A stretch of 51,256 bases of DNA from contig JBQLZK010000056.1 of assembly GCA_052168235.1 (NCBI GenBank), positions 1-51,256 of the forward strand, given 5' to 3'. The notes under the pieces are model-generated. The model was not told the origin of the DNA and did not search any database. It worked only from the letters and a program-made list of their open reading frames with translations. The DNA is from Thainema sp. GTDB taxonomy: Bacteria > Cyanobacteriota > Cyanobacteriia > Phormidesmidales > Phormidesmidaceae. Below are positions 28,486 through 38,533 of the stretch, piece by piece. How positions within the stretch are numbered: the stretch's first letter is position 1; each line of letters starts with the position of its first letter. Both the position numbers and the translations under genes were made by a program.

Positions 28486-28887
28486 ATGAGTCTTTTACTA
28501 ATTGATACGGACATTGCTTCTTTTATCTTCAAAGGGAGCGCGTATCTTGACCCTTATCGCTCTATTTTGAATGGACAGGAGTTAGCACTTTCCTTTATGT
28601 CTGTTGCTGAATTGTTTCAGTGGGCAATTCTCCGTAATTGGGGAGAGCGCCGTATTATGCAGTTAGAGCGGTATTTGGCGAATTGTGTTGTTATTCCAGT
28701 TGATCAAGCTCTCTGTCGTCAATGGGCACAAGTTCGCGCTGATCGTCAACGCATAGGACGAGCAATTGCACCGCAAGATGCTTGGATTGCAGCAACGGCT
28801 CTACGCTACGATCTGCCACTCGTGACCCATAATATTAAAGATTTTCAAGAAATTCCCAATCTGCGTTTGATGGCTACATCGCCTTAG
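28486..28887 (+). CDS. vapC: VapC/PIN-domain toxin
   Basis: LIDTD, SVAEL, QDAWIAATAL, LVTHNIKDF acidic PIN motifs; 133 aa. Confidence 0.9.
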   Translation: MSLLLIDTDIASFIFKGSAYLDPYRSILNGQELALSFMSVAELFQWAILRNWGERRIMQLERYLANCVVIPVDQALCRQWAQVRADRQRIGRAIAPQDAWIAATALRYDLPLVTHNIKDFQEIPNLRLMATSP

Positions 28888-29020
28888 TATCACTTGCGGA
28901 TTTCCGCATCTGCTGACAAACCGAAAAATAACTAGCATCTCCCAAAAGAAACTGGTATAACTCTCCTCAGATTTATGCTCGTTGATCGCTATCATGCGAT
29001 ATGACGCATAAATACCTATC

Positions 29021-30796
29021 GTGAGTGAACTACCAGTAAGTCACATGCTAGAGGTCGGCACCACCCTCCAGGGCAAATATCAGATCCAATCACCGCCCAT
29101 CATCAGCGGCTTCACGATTGGTTATCGCGCCATTCACACTGCCACCCAGCAGAACGTGATGGTCAAAATGCTGCATCCAGAACTGCGCGATCGCAATGAC
29201 TTCATGACGCTCCAGCACGAAAGCATGGAGCAGATTCGTCGCCTCGCCCAGTGCAATCATTCCCACCTGGTACGGGTGCTGGACACGTTTACCTTAGATC
29301 ACGCGCAGATGCCGATTGCGGCCTGGGTAATGGATGACAGTCCGGGGTTGACTTTGACCGACTTGGTGCAGACCACTGGCCCTCTGCATGAAGGCGTGGC
29401 CATTCGCTACATTACGCAAATTGGTAAGGCGCTGGCGGAACTGCATCGCTGCGGCATTGTGCATGGCAGCGTTCAGCCACAGAATATTCGGCGGCTGGCG
29501 AGTACGGAAGCCGTGGTGCTCACCGATATTGGCTTATTGGGAGATACATTTGCCAATTTGGGGGCCACGCATCCTGAGCGGTTGGCCTCTGGCTATGCTG
29601 CCGTTGAGCAGTATCATGCGCCCGTTACCTGCACTCCCGCTACCGATATTTATGGTCTAGCCGCAACGCTCTACTACACGATTAGTGGTCACGTGCCTAC
29701 GCCCGCTTCTTTACGAGAGCAGATCGAACTGCCGCCGCTGCGCAAGTTTCGACCGGAGCTAACGCTGCAAACTGAGCAGGCTGTTTTCTCCGGTATGGGG
29801 CTGATGGCGACTCAGCGTCCGGTTGCGATCGCAGAATGGCTCCAGCTTTTACCCCACGGTAAACCCGCCAAGAAACCTGTCAGCTTACCGCATACAGCGA
29901 CTCAGAACACTACTGCCGCCACGGTGGCGGTTGCGCCTGCTGCCCAACATAGTCAAAACGGGTATCAAAATGGTCACAGTGGCCGAGTCGCAATGGCGGA
30001 ACCGACGGTGATGCCGCCAACCAGGGCGAATTCTGCCGATGCTTATCGCGTTGATCCTCAGCAAGAGCAGGGGACATCGAAACCGAAGCGCTCCAAGGCT
30101 AAGCGTTGGCCAGTGGCGCTGGGCTTAACTGCGATCGCGGCTTTGGTTTCCGGCAGCGGTGTGGGCTTAGCGCTGCGGTTTCAGGCACCTGAGTCAGGCC
30201 AAAATAGTCAGTTGGGCTTGGGCAGTGAGCAGTCTTTTCCGGAATCTGAGAATTGGCCGGGGTCGGATAATCCCGACGAAGTTTTCTTTGAGGATGCCGA
30301 TCGCGCTCGACAGCGAAACCGCGATCGCAACCAGCCCAGTGAGTGGGTTGATCAACCCGCCGAAGGACGGGCCGATCCGCCGCCGATTATTGAGGATGCA
30401 CCCGCAGCGGAACCCGTTAAAGCGGCTCCTCCGTCTGATTCCAACTTTGGGGGCAGTGAACCCTTCATTGATTCAGACTCAGACGATTTCGATTCGAGTA
30501 AGCCGAGCCGCATCGAACCGAGCCGCCCAGAACCGGAAGCGGCGAACCCACTGGATGATTTGGCCCCCGTCGATGATTTAGTACCCGCTCCTGCTGCCCC
30601 CGCTGCCCCTCCGGCGGAGTCATTTCCTAGTGAAACCGCTAAGCCTGTCGATAAACCCGATGATGGCAAAGTCGTAGTGCCGACTATTCCAGCCCCCCAG
30701 GCCGCACCGCAATCAGTCGATCCGAGCCCTGGCTCATCGGACGGCAACACCTCTGAAAATCCAACGGGTGCGCCCCGCAAGTCGCCAGTTTTATAA
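29021..30796 (+). CDS. Membrane-anchored Hanks-type Ser/Thr kinase-like protein, probably a pseudokinase
   Basis: Kinase fold remnants (VMVK, GYAAVEQY, TDIYGLAATLY) but catalytic loop HGSVQPQN and DIG; TM plus Pro/Asp-rich tail. Confidence 0.85.
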   Translation: MSELPVSHMLEVGTTLQGKYQIQSPPIISGFTIGYRAIHTATQQNVMVKMLHPELRDRNDFMTLQHESMEQIRRLAQCNHSHLVRVLDTFTLDHAQMPIAAWVMDDSPGLTLTDLVQTTGPLHEGVAIRYITQIGKALAELHRCGIVHGSVQPQNIRRLASTEAVVLTDIGLLGDTFANLGATHPERLASGYAAVEQYHAPVTCTPATDIYGLAATLYYTISGHVPTPASLREQIELPPLRKFRPELTLQTEQAVFSGMGLMATQRPVAIAEWLQLLPHGKPAKKPVSLPHTATQNTTAATVAVAPAAQHSQNGYQNGHSGRVAMAEPTVMPPTRANSADAYRVDPQQEQGTSKPKRSKAKRWPVALGLTAIAALVSGSGVGLALRFQAPESGQNSQLGLGSEQSFPESENWPGSDNPDEVFFEDADRARQRNRDRNQPSEWVDQPAEGRADPPPIIEDAPAAEPVKAAPPSDSNFGGSEPFIDSDSDDFDSSKPSRIEPSRPEPEAANPLDDLAPVDDLVPAPAAPAAPPAESFPSETAKPVDKPDDGKVVVPTIPAPQAAPQSVDPSPGSSDGNTSENPTGAPRKSPVL

Positions 30797-30821
30797 GAGG
30801 CAGCATGTCGCACAGTCGAGT

Positions 30822-30862
30822 CTCTCATTTTTGGAGGTTGCGGGACTCCACCTAAATGAGAG
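30822..30862. terminator. Hairpin downstream of the kinase-like gene
   Basis: CTCTCATTT..TGGAG...CTCCA..AAATGAGAG. Confidence 0.5.
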
Positions 30863-30982
30863 GCTTGATTTGCTCATATCTTGATTGTCTGGGCAAATCT
30901 AGAACCCAAAGAGGGCGTTTTGCAGAGATCATCACGCTATAATTTGGGCTGAGACGTAAGTTAATGAATATTTACAACCCTC

Positions 30983-31318
30983 ATGAGTAATCCTCTAGTC
31001 CATGCCTTTTTCCTCGGTCGCGCCTTTGCGGAAGCGGTTAGCGAAGAGGTAGAAGTTGCTGTTACGCACTCTCTGAGCGACTTAGGCCGATTTGATGCTG
31101 AACAACGAGAGCGACTTCGCCAGTTCGTTGAGCGCGTTCAGAACAAGGCTAATGCAGCAGAAGCGGAAGCCACGACGGGTGATTACGCCCCTAGCGGTAA
31201 TTCAGTCGGGATGCCGAACGTCGGCTCGACTGACCTACAAGCTACCATTGATGAACTGCGGGCTGAAATTGCACAGTTGCGGTCTGCACTGCAACAGTAT
31301 CGCAGCCAATCTAGCTAG
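30983..31318 (+). CDS. Conserved cyanobacterial coiled-coil protein (Sll1769-like)
   Basis: MSNPLVHAFFLGRA and DLQATIDELRAEIAQLR; lies upstream of an ABC1 kinase. Confidence 0.85.
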   Translation: MSNPLVHAFFLGRAFAEAVSEEVEVAVTHSLSDLGRFDAEQRERLRQFVERVQNKANAAEAEATTGDYAPSGNSVGMPNVGSTDLQATIDELRAEIAQLRSALQQYRSQSS

Positions 31319-31437
31319 CGGATTGGGCTAGCGGATCTGGATGAGTCAACCGGATCGACCAGACTCGCTCCAGATCAACTTAGATAAATTGTTGATGCTG
31401 CTGTTGTCATTAAGCTGTAATTAAACCCGGAGTACGA

Positions 31438-33345
31438 GTGTCTGCTGTCCCCGATAATCGGATTCCCAACTCCCTAAAAGAATCAGAGGTGATGCCAGAG
31501 CATTACCCTGATGCCCATGCTGCGATCGCACCTCAGGATCCAACCGTAGACTTTGGGCCGAAGTCGTCTCAAATCCAACAGGGATTTGAGCAGGCTGCCC
31601 ATTCAGGTTTGAATTTAACGGTCGATGCTGCAAACGATTCGTTCGATTCATCAACATTACCTGCCAAGACCTATACTGCCAACGACTACCGCTGGAGCCG
31701 AGGACGCTACTCTCGCCGCCGCCGCTTTATCGAAATTTGGTCGTTTGTGCTGCGGTTTCTCTCGTCTCAATGGCTCTATGGCAAGGACTGGAGCTATCGG
31801 GGTGGCGTTACAGACGAAAAAAAGGCGCTCAGACGCCGCAAGCAGGCGATTTGGATTCGGGAAGAGTTCCTAGATCTGGGGCCGACCTTTATCAAGTTGG
31901 GCCAGCTTTTCTCAACTCGGGCTGATTTGTTCCCGATTGAGTACGTTGAAGAGCTGTCTAAGCTGCAAGATCGGGTACCTGCCTTCAGCTACGAGCAGGT
32001 CGAGCAGATTATCCGCGAAGATTTCGGCAAGACCATTCCGGAGCTATACAGCAGCTTTGACCCGATTCCAATGGCCGCCGCCAGCTTAGGACAGGTGCAC
32101 CGCGCTCAGTTGCGATCGGGCGAAGAGGTGGTGGTCAAAGTTCAGCGTTTGGGCCTGAAAAACCTGTTTGAAATTGACCTGTCGATTCTCAAGGGAATTG
32201 CTCACTACTTCCAGCGCCATCCCAAGTGGGGGCCAGGTCGAGACTGGATTGGAATTTATGGGGAGTGTTGCAAAATTCTCTGGCAGGAGATAGATTATCT
32301 CAACGAAGGCCGCAATGCCGACACCTTTCGGCGCAACTTTCGGCAAGAAGACTGGGTGAAAGTGCCCAGAGTCTACTGGCGCTATGCGTCGCCGCGAGTT
32401 TTGACGCTGGAGTACATGCCTGGTATCAAAATCAGCCACTATGAAGCGCTGGAGGCCGCTGGACTAGATCGGAAGCGACTAGCCAATTTGGGCGCAAAAG
32501 CCTATCTGCACCAGTTGCTCAACGATGGCTTTTTTCACGCTGACCCGCATCCCGGTAATATTGCCGTGAGTATAGACGGCTCTCTGATCTTCTATGACTT
32601 CGGCATGATGGGTCAGGTGCAGCCTGTCACGCGTGAGAAGCTGATGCGCACCTTTTTCGGCATCGCCCAGCGCGATGGCGAGCAGGTGATGAACTCGCTG
32701 ATTGAGCTAGGGGCTTTGACTCCGGTGGGCGATATGGGGCCCGTGCGGCGTTCCATCCAGTACATGCTCGACAACTTCATGGACAAGCCGTTTGAAGAGC
32801 AGTCGGTGATGGCCATTAGCGATGACTTATATGAAGTCGCCTACGGACAACCGTTCCGCTTTCCGGCTACTTTTACCTTCGTTATGCGGGCCTTTTCGAC
32901 GCTAGAGGGGGTTGGTAAAGGTCTAGATCCAGATTTTAACTTTATGGAGGCGGCCAAGCCGTTTGCAATGAAGCTTATGAACAACGGCACACCATCCGAT
33001 ACGAGAGGGCTATTTGATGAGTTAGGGCGGCAGGCGGCTCAAGTCAGTTCGACGGCATTGGGATTACCGCGCCGAATTGAGGATACGATTGAGAAATTAG
33101 AACGAGGCGATATTCGCGTCCGAACCCGCTCAATTGAGTCCGATCGCATTTTGCGGCGGGTAGCCAACATTAACCTGGCGACCAACTACAGCATTGTCTT
33201 GGGTAGTTTTACGCTGACGGCGGCGCTGCTGTTGATTAACGAGTTTATCTGGTTGGCAATTGCAACGGCTGCGATCGCAGCGTTTATGGCCATCTCACTG
33301 ATTCGCCTCTTACTCAAAATCGACCGTGATGAGAAAATGTTTTGA
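31438..33345 (+). CDS. AarF/ABC1/UbiB family atypical kinase (SpkI/Sll1770-like)
   Basis: LGPTFIKLGQ, AAASLGQVH, VKVQ, FFHADPHPGN, DFGM. Confidence 0.93.
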   Translation: MSAVPDNRIPNSLKESEVMPEHYPDAHAAIAPQDPTVDFGPKSSQIQQGFEQAAHSGLNLTVDAANDSFDSSTLPAKTYTANDYRWSRGRYSRRRRFIEIWSFVLRFLSSQWLYGKDWSYRGGVTDEKKALRRRKQAIWIREEFLDLGPTFIKLGQLFSTRADLFPIEYVEELSKLQDRVPAFSYEQVEQIIREDFGKTIPELYSSFDPIPMAAASLGQVHRAQLRSGEEVVVKVQRLGLKNLFEIDLSILKGIAHYFQRHPKWGPGRDWIGIYGECCKILWQEIDYLNEGRNADTFRRNFRQEDWVKVPRVYWRYASPRVLTLEYMPGIKISHYEALEAAGLDRKRLANLGAKAYLHQLLNDGFFHADPHPGNIAVSIDGSLIFYDFGMMGQVQPVTREKLMRTFFGIAQRDGEQVMNSLIELGALTPVGDMGPVRRSIQYMLDNFMDKPFEEQSVMAISDDLYEVAYGQPFRFPATFTFVMRAFSTLEGVGKGLDPDFNFMEAAKPFAMKLMNNGTPSDTRGLFDELGRQAAQVSSTALGLPRRIEDTIEKLERGDIRVRTRSIESDRILRRVANINLATNYSIVLGSFTLTAALLLINEFIWLAIATAAIAAFMAISLIRLLLKIDRDEKMF

Positions 33346-33415
33346 TGCCCCTGCCTTAAACCTGTTTTAAAGTATTGGTTATTCGTATTGCCCTGTGGTT
33401 AGCCCGCATCATGGA

Positions 33416-34153
33416 ATGAAGCCGTTATTTGCCGGTTCAAGCGATCCCGGTCTACTGCGACCAACAAATCAGGATGACTACTATGTCGATCCGGATGGTC
33501 GTCTATTTATTGTGGCTGACGGCATGGGCGGTCATGCAGGCGGACAAGAAGCCAGCCGGATTGCCACGGAAACAATTCGAGATTACGTATTAGCCAACTG
33601 GGCAAGCGACAAACCGTCTGCGCAGCTGCTTGAAGAAGCAATTTCCAAGGCTAATCAAGCCATTATTCAAGACCAGCGTACCCATCCAGAACGCTCAGAC
33701 ATGGGCACCACGGTTGTTGTCATCCTGCTCCGCGATCAGGATGAACAGCCGTGGTGCGCTCACGTTGGGGACTCCCGTCTTTATCGTTTACGGGGGGCCA
33801 AACTCGATCAGATTACAGAAGACCATACGTGGGTTGCCCGTGCCCTGCGGGAGGGAGAACTCAGTGCTGATCAGGTGCGCTATCACCCCTGGCGTCACGT
33901 GCTGTCTAAGTGCTTGGGACGAGAAGATTTATACCGCAACCAGATCGCGATTCAGCCGATAGAGGTGCAATCAGGCGATCGCTTGTTGCTGTGCAGCGAC
34001 GGGCTGACGGAAGAACTGCCGGATTCCCTGATTGCCTATCAATTAAAGTCTATCCGCTCCTGCAATAAGGCTGTGCAGTCTCTCATTGATCTGGCCAAGG
34101 AGAAGGGTGGCCGAGACAACATTACAGTCGTTGTGCTCAATTTTCAGGCTTAG
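33416..34153 (+). CDS. pphA: PP2C/PPM family Ser/Thr phosphatase (PphA-like)
   Basis: VADGMGG, MGTT, HVGDSR, CSDGL, GGRDN; gene order matches sll1769-sll1770-sll1771 as recalled. Confidence 0.85.
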   Translation: MKPLFAGSSDPGLLRPTNQDDYYVDPDGRLFIVADGMGGHAGGQEASRIATETIRDYVLANWASDKPSAQLLEEAISKANQAIIQDQRTHPERSDMGTTVVVILLRDQDEQPWCAHVGDSRLYRLRGAKLDQITEDHTWVARALREGELSADQVRYHPWRHVLSKCLGREDLYRNQIAIQPIEVQSGDRLLLCSDGLTEELPDSLIAYQLKSIRSCNKAVQSLIDLAKEKGGRDNITVVVLNFQA

Positions 34154-34737
34154 TCAAAAGCATTTGTGGGAGATCTCCAATCAGCATGTCTGGAGGAGCT
34201 GGAAGTGCGATCGCACTTTCTAAAGTTGTGATTCAATCTAGCTTATGTAGCTGTGAGAATTAGGTCCTTTTATCCCAAATTATCCCAGAGTCTCAGATTG
34301 AAGTTTCATGCAAAAGCGTTGAATTTCGTATCAATCTCTGACGTTGGAGGACAAATTGAGCAATTTGATTTTGCAACTTTAACAACCAGTAATATCCTAT
34401 AGAAGAGGGTTAAACCTCGAATAAATCTCAATCTATATACGTAAATCATTCTACGGCCTGTGTTTCTAATAAATAGAAACCGGATTGGCTCTCTCTCCAG
34501 CAAAAATTAACGCCTGAGCAGGATTTAATTCAACCCGCTTGGAGTTTAGTTTAATTACAGCTTGAGAACGTGAAGTCTTAAATTTTGAGACAGGAACTCT
34601 GCAGGCATCGCAGTTTGAAACCTGCCACACAATCTTAGCCTTCGTCAGCAAGCTATCTTTACTCAATATTCGCCAAATTTAATCCAGTTATTTGCAGTGT
34701 TATTAGACAGCTTAAAGGGTCGGGTGAGGTAGTTACT

Positions 34738-35337
34738 ATGAAAATGTCATCAGTTGTTCGAACGAGTGCAGCGAAGCTAGCCGCAGTTGCAGCCAGCTTA
34801 ATGATTCTGGGCGTTGCGCCAGAAGCCTCTGCGCAAAGTGTTTGTTCTCGTTACGTCTGCTATCGATTTGGTGATGTCGGCGCAGTGGTTTCCCAAATTC
34901 AGGTGGCCTTGGGCTTACGACCGACTGGATTCTATGATGCATTTACCGAACAGGCGGTTTATACCTATCAGTCTCGCAACAATTTAGTGTTTGTTGATGG
35001 TATTGCTGGCCCTGAGACACTGTTGAATTTAGGGATTGCAACGGCTGGTGGCGGTGGCGGTGGCATCCCAGTTGACCCGTTTGATCCTTTTCCGACGGTT
35101 CCAACGATTCCACCAATTGATGTTGCCACACTGCCCTATGCAGTCGTGGTTCCAGGTGGAGAACTGAGACTCCTGCGCGAAGTTCAAACCTTCGCTCCCA
35201 GCGCCTTTATTCGGACAGACTCCTCGCGGGGAGCATTTATTCAGGCTAATTCCTACCGTGAGCGCTCTTTTGCAGAAGGGTTTGCCAACTACCTACGTGG
35301 GCAGGGACTGGATGCGCGCGTCGCATATTATCCATAG
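34738..35337 (+). CDS. Exported peptidoglycan-binding domain protein
   Basis: Signal peptide; GDVG..V..IQ..L, TEQAV..YQ, VDGIAGPET; C-terminal SPOR-like YAVVVP...LRGQGLDARV.Y. Confidence 0.82.
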   Translation: MKMSSVVRTSAAKLAAVAASLMILGVAPEASAQSVCSRYVCYRFGDVGAVVSQIQVALGLRPTGFYDAFTEQAVYTYQSRNNLVFVDGIAGPETLLNLGIATAGGGGGGIPVDPFDPFPTVPTIPPIDVATLPYAVVVPGGELRLLREVQTFAPSAFIRTDSSRGAFIQANSYRERSFAEGFANYLRGQGLDARVAYYP

Positions 35338-35362
35338 TATTTGGAGCCATAGATATTGTTTT

Positions 35363-35394
35363 AGACGTTTCTGTGGCGCGCCACAGAAACGTCT
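35363..35394. repeat. Perfect 32-bp palindrome AGACGTTTCTGTGGCG|CGCCACAGAAACGTCT
   Basis: Exact self-complementarity between convergent genes. Confidence 0.9.
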
Positions 35395-35434
35395 GTGTCT
35401 TAACAGAGTTGACTACAGCTATAAATTCCAAATT

Positions 35435-35485
35435 GCTCAAAAGGCCATCTTGCCACATCGATGCGGTAAAGATGGCCTTTTGAGC
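35435..35485. terminator. 17-bp stem hairpin, likely bidirectional terminator
   Basis: GCTCAAAAGGCCATCTT...AAGATGGCCTTTTGAGC between convergent genes. Confidence 0.7.
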
Positions 35486-35512
35486 TTTAAGTACGAGTAA
35501 ACCTATTCTGAC

Positions 35513-37651
35513 CTATTCTGTAACGGTGTCTGTAATGGTGCCGGTTAAGGGTGAGCTGGCGCTTGCGTAGCCTTTGACCGGAATCCGGCCTGCTAAATAA
35601 GCGAGCCGTCCAGCTTCGGTTGCCATGCCCATTGCCCGTGCCATCGCTGGCGGATTTTTAGCTTGTGCGATCGCAGTATTAATCAGTAGTGCATCGGCTC
35701 CCAGTTCCATCGCTTGGGCAGCTTCGCTCGGAGTTCCAATTCCGGCATCAACGACGATGGGAATTTGCGCGTTCTCGATGATGATTTGGATATTGGCGGC
35801 GTTGCGAATTCCCTGGCCGGAACCAATGGGCGAACCCAGCGGCATCACCGTTGCACAGCCCGCTTCCTCTAAGCGCTTAGCGAGTAAGGGATCGGCGTTG
35901 ACATAGGGCAGTACCGCAAAACCTTCTTTCACCAACTGTTCCGCCGCCTGTAGCGTCCCGATGGGATCTGGCAACAGGTATTTGGCATCGGGAATGACTT
36001 CTAGCTTAATAAAGTTGTTGTCCTCTTGGCCCAGCAGTTTGGCCATTTCTCGACCCAAACGCGCGACGCGAATCGCTTCTTCAGCGGTTTTACACCCTGC
36101 CGTATTGGGCAGCATCCAGATTTTACTCCAGTCGATCGCTTCGGCTAAACCTTCATGACCGGGCGCGTTAGTCTGTACCCGTCGTACAGCTACGGTGACA
36201 ATTTCACAACCGCTGGCCGCAATACTCTGCTGCATTTCGGCCAGTGAACGGTATTTACCCGTACCCGTCATCAATCGCGATCGGAATGTGCGATTGGCGA
36301 TCACTAACGGCTGATCGAGGGCGTTTAATGTCGAAGCATTGGTTAGCTCTGTAGCTTGAGTCGTAGCAGGATGAAGCGTTTGCATAGCAGTATAAGTTTG
36401 AGCGTCAGTAGAAGAATTCGTCCGTTGAGGCGTCTCCGGGTTCAATGGTGGAGCCACAGCCAACTGTTGCCGATTCGATGGCGATACTAATTGAGATCGA
36501 GATTGCGAGGTCGCTAGAGTGGAATAGAAACGCTGCCAGCTAAATGCGTTCAGCAGCGTTTGCGCTGCATTGTCCAGCGTTCCCAAAATGTGATTGGTCA
36601 AGAGAGCTGCCGTGATGGGAGCCAGCAAAATGCCATTGCGATGATGGCCCACAGCCACGCTGAGATTGTCACAGCGGCTAGAGCCAAGAATAGGCAATTC
36701 ATCCGGTGTAGATGGACGGAAGCCCCACCACATGTCTTGAATGGGTTGATGGCTCAGATGCGGATAGAGGCGCATGGCTGCTGCCAGCAACTGGTTGACG
36801 CCTTGGGGGGTGTTGCCGGGAGTAAACCCTGCTGATTCTACCGTTGCACCGAGGACAATGCGGCCATCTTGACGCGGCACAATGTAAATCTCTTGGCCAA
36901 ACAGAATCTGTCGCAGTTGGGGAAGAGTATGAGCGTAGTTGGGCTGTCGCAGCAGCAGCATTTGGCCCTTCACGGGGGTTACAGGTACCGGCAACAGTGA
37001 CGATGACCATGCGCCCGTTGCCAGAACATAGTGATCGGCCTGAAATTCGCCCACTGAGGTGCGAACGCCGACGACATGCCCCTGTCGCTGCTGGATCGCG
37101 TCTACCTGAATGCCTTCTCGGAAATCAACGCCTACTTCTTGTACGGCAGTCCTCAGGGCCTGCATCAGCGCCCGATTATCCACTTGGGCATCGTCTGGGA
37201 ACCACCAAGCTCCTGTCACCTCTGGACTCAATCCGGGCTGATGATGCTGCAGTGCGATCTCATCTAGCCAGTGGGCCATAGGTTCAGCCTGCTGCCGTTG
37301 AGCAATCTGCGTGGCAGAAACGTCATCATAGTGAGGAGCTAGTATCCCACAAGGCCAATAGCCAGTATCTACCCCCGTCAGCGTCTCCAGCTTTTGAATC
37401 CATTCCCCATAGCGATCGCGACTTTGCAGACACAGTTGCTGCATGGCCGGATGGATGAGCTGCTCGGCCTGAGGGGCTAACATACCGGCGGCGGCGTGCC
37501 CCGCTGCCTGTTGCCAATCGCGGTTCAGGACGGTCACGCCAGCGCCCCGCTGCCGTAGTTCCAGCGCGATCGCCAGTCCGATGATGCCACCGCCAATGAC
37601 TAAGATGTCGGGATGATTATTCGAGTGATTAATGTTGCTGTGATCGCTCAT
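35513..37651 (-). CDS. thiO-thiG: Bifunctional glycine oxidase ThiO / thiazole synthase ThiG fusion
   Basis: GGGIIG FAD motif, [17 protein letters not shown]; then [39 protein letters not shown]; start 37651 or 37663. Confidence 0.95.
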   Translation of the reverse strand: MSDHSNINHSNNHPDILVIGGGIIGLAIALELRQRGAGVTVLNRDWQQAAGHAAAGMLAPQAEQLIHPAMQQLCLQSRDRYGEWIQKLETLTGVDTGYWPCGILAPHYDDVSATQIAQRQQAEPMAHWLDEIALQHHQPGLSPEVTGAWWFPDDAQVDNRALMQALRTAVQEVGVDFREGIQVDAIQQRQGHVVGVRTSVGEFQADHYVLATGAWSSSLLPVPVTPVKGQMLLLRQPNYAHTLPQLRQILFGQEIYIVPRQDGRIVLGATVESAGFTPGNTPQGVNQLLAAAMRLYPHLSHQPIQDMWWGFRPSTPDELPILGSSRCDNLSVAVGHHRNGILLAPITAALLTNHILGTLDNAAQTLLNAFSWQRFYSTLATSQSRSQLVSPSNRQQLAVAPPLNPETPQRTNSSTDAQTYTAMQTLHPATTQATELTNASTLNALDQPLVIANRTFRSRLMTGTGKYRSLAEMQQSIAASGCEIVTVAVRRVQTNAPGHEGLAEAIDWSKIWMLPNTAGCKTAEEAIRVARLGREMAKLLGQEDNNFIKLEVIPDAKYLLPDPIGTLQAAEQLVKEGFAVLPYVNADPLLAKRLEEAGCATVMPLGSPIGSGQGIRNAANIQIIIENAQIPIVVDAGIGTPSEAAQAMELGADALLINTAIAQAKNPPAMARAMGMATEAGRLAYLAGRIPVKGYASASSPLTGTITDTVTE

Positions 37652-37749
37652 GCCCTCATTCACTTTTCCACTATATGAGCCGTACCATTTGGCAGTGCCC
37701 CATTTAAATCAATTAAATCAATCAGCCAAACCATCAGCATTAACCAGCC

Positions 37750-38004
37750 CTACCAACCTGCTGGAATGGGAGGTGGTTCCGGCGTAAATGTTGGTGTGGG
37801 CCGAGGTGGCTGGCTCGGTGCAAGCCGTTCCAAGCCTCGCCCAGCATTCCGCAACACCGTTTCGACAGAATCCCCGCTTGCCTCGCTATTCCAAAATGGC
37901 AAGCCAAAGGACAAATTTTCGCCATTCACCGCGCGCCAAGCTAGTGCGATCGCAACGATCAGCAAAATCAGAGCGATAACCCGATTAAAAACGTCACTGG
38001 ACAT
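37750..38004 (-). CDS. Small hypothetical membrane protein with Pro-rich tail
   Basis: ATG start, N-terminal TM helix, tail ending PPPIPAGW. Confidence 0.65.
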   Translation of the reverse strand: MSSDVFNRVIALILLIVAIALAWRAVNGENLSFGLPFWNSEASGDSVETVLRNAGRGLERLAPSQPPRPTPTFTPEPPPIPAGW

Positions 38005-38081
38005 AGTTGCTAGGATTGCTAGGACTCAACAGGGCAGCAGGATGATGGAGATTGTATTGTACGGATATTGCCGGACAGATT

Positions 38082-38112
38082 TTCAATCATTCAATTCAAT
38101 CATTCAATTCAA
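38082..38112 (+). repeat. 13-bp tandem repeat TTCAATCATTCAA (about 2.4 copies)
   Basis: Read directly from the sequence; intergenic. Confidence 0.7.
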
Positions 38113-38174
38113 GATGCCAACCATATTGAATCGGCTCATTGGATCGTCTCGTTCATCCTAGCGGAATCAAGCGG

Positions 38175-38501
38175 CTACCAAACTGAGTTGTTACCTTGTC
38201 CCCAAAATCCGTCGTACTTCTTGACGGTGACATCGCCTAAGACTTGGGTTTGGCAGGCAAGACGTAAGTTGCGCTCTGAGGTGTGGGGCGGCAATGAGCG
38301 ACGAGCGCGATCGCGCCAGTTGGGTTCCGACACCTCGCCCTCAATTTCGACGGCACAGGTACCACAGCTACCGATGCCGTGGCAGTTAATCAGCTTCGCC
38401 TGACCGTTGTACAGGTCAATCCCTGCTTTAAGTAGTTCCTGTCGCAGATTGGCATTGCGATCGCAGGTGATGGTTTTGCCTTGGGCGGTAATGGTGGGCA
38501 T
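38175..38501 (-). CDS. 2Fe-2S ferredoxin-type protein
   Basis: CHGIGSCGTC and RLACQ. Confidence 0.92.
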   Translation of the reverse strand: MPTITAQGKTITCDRNANLRQELLKAGIDLYNGQAKLINCHGIGSCGTCAVEIEGEVSEPNWRDRARRSLPPHTSERNLRLACQTQVLGDVTVKKYDGFWGQGNNSVW

Positions 38502-38533
38502 GGTTGTTTATCCTCTGCACAGACCTGATCGAG

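Noticed and set aside
34441..34454. NtcA-like GTA-N8-TAC (GTAAATCATTCTAC)
   Set aside because: A 6-bp pattern is expected many times by chance, and there is no properly spaced -10 box
34154..34737. Hidden gene or ncRNA in a 584-bp AT-rich gap
   Set aside because: Only short featureless ORFs and no convincing structure; probably promoter DNA
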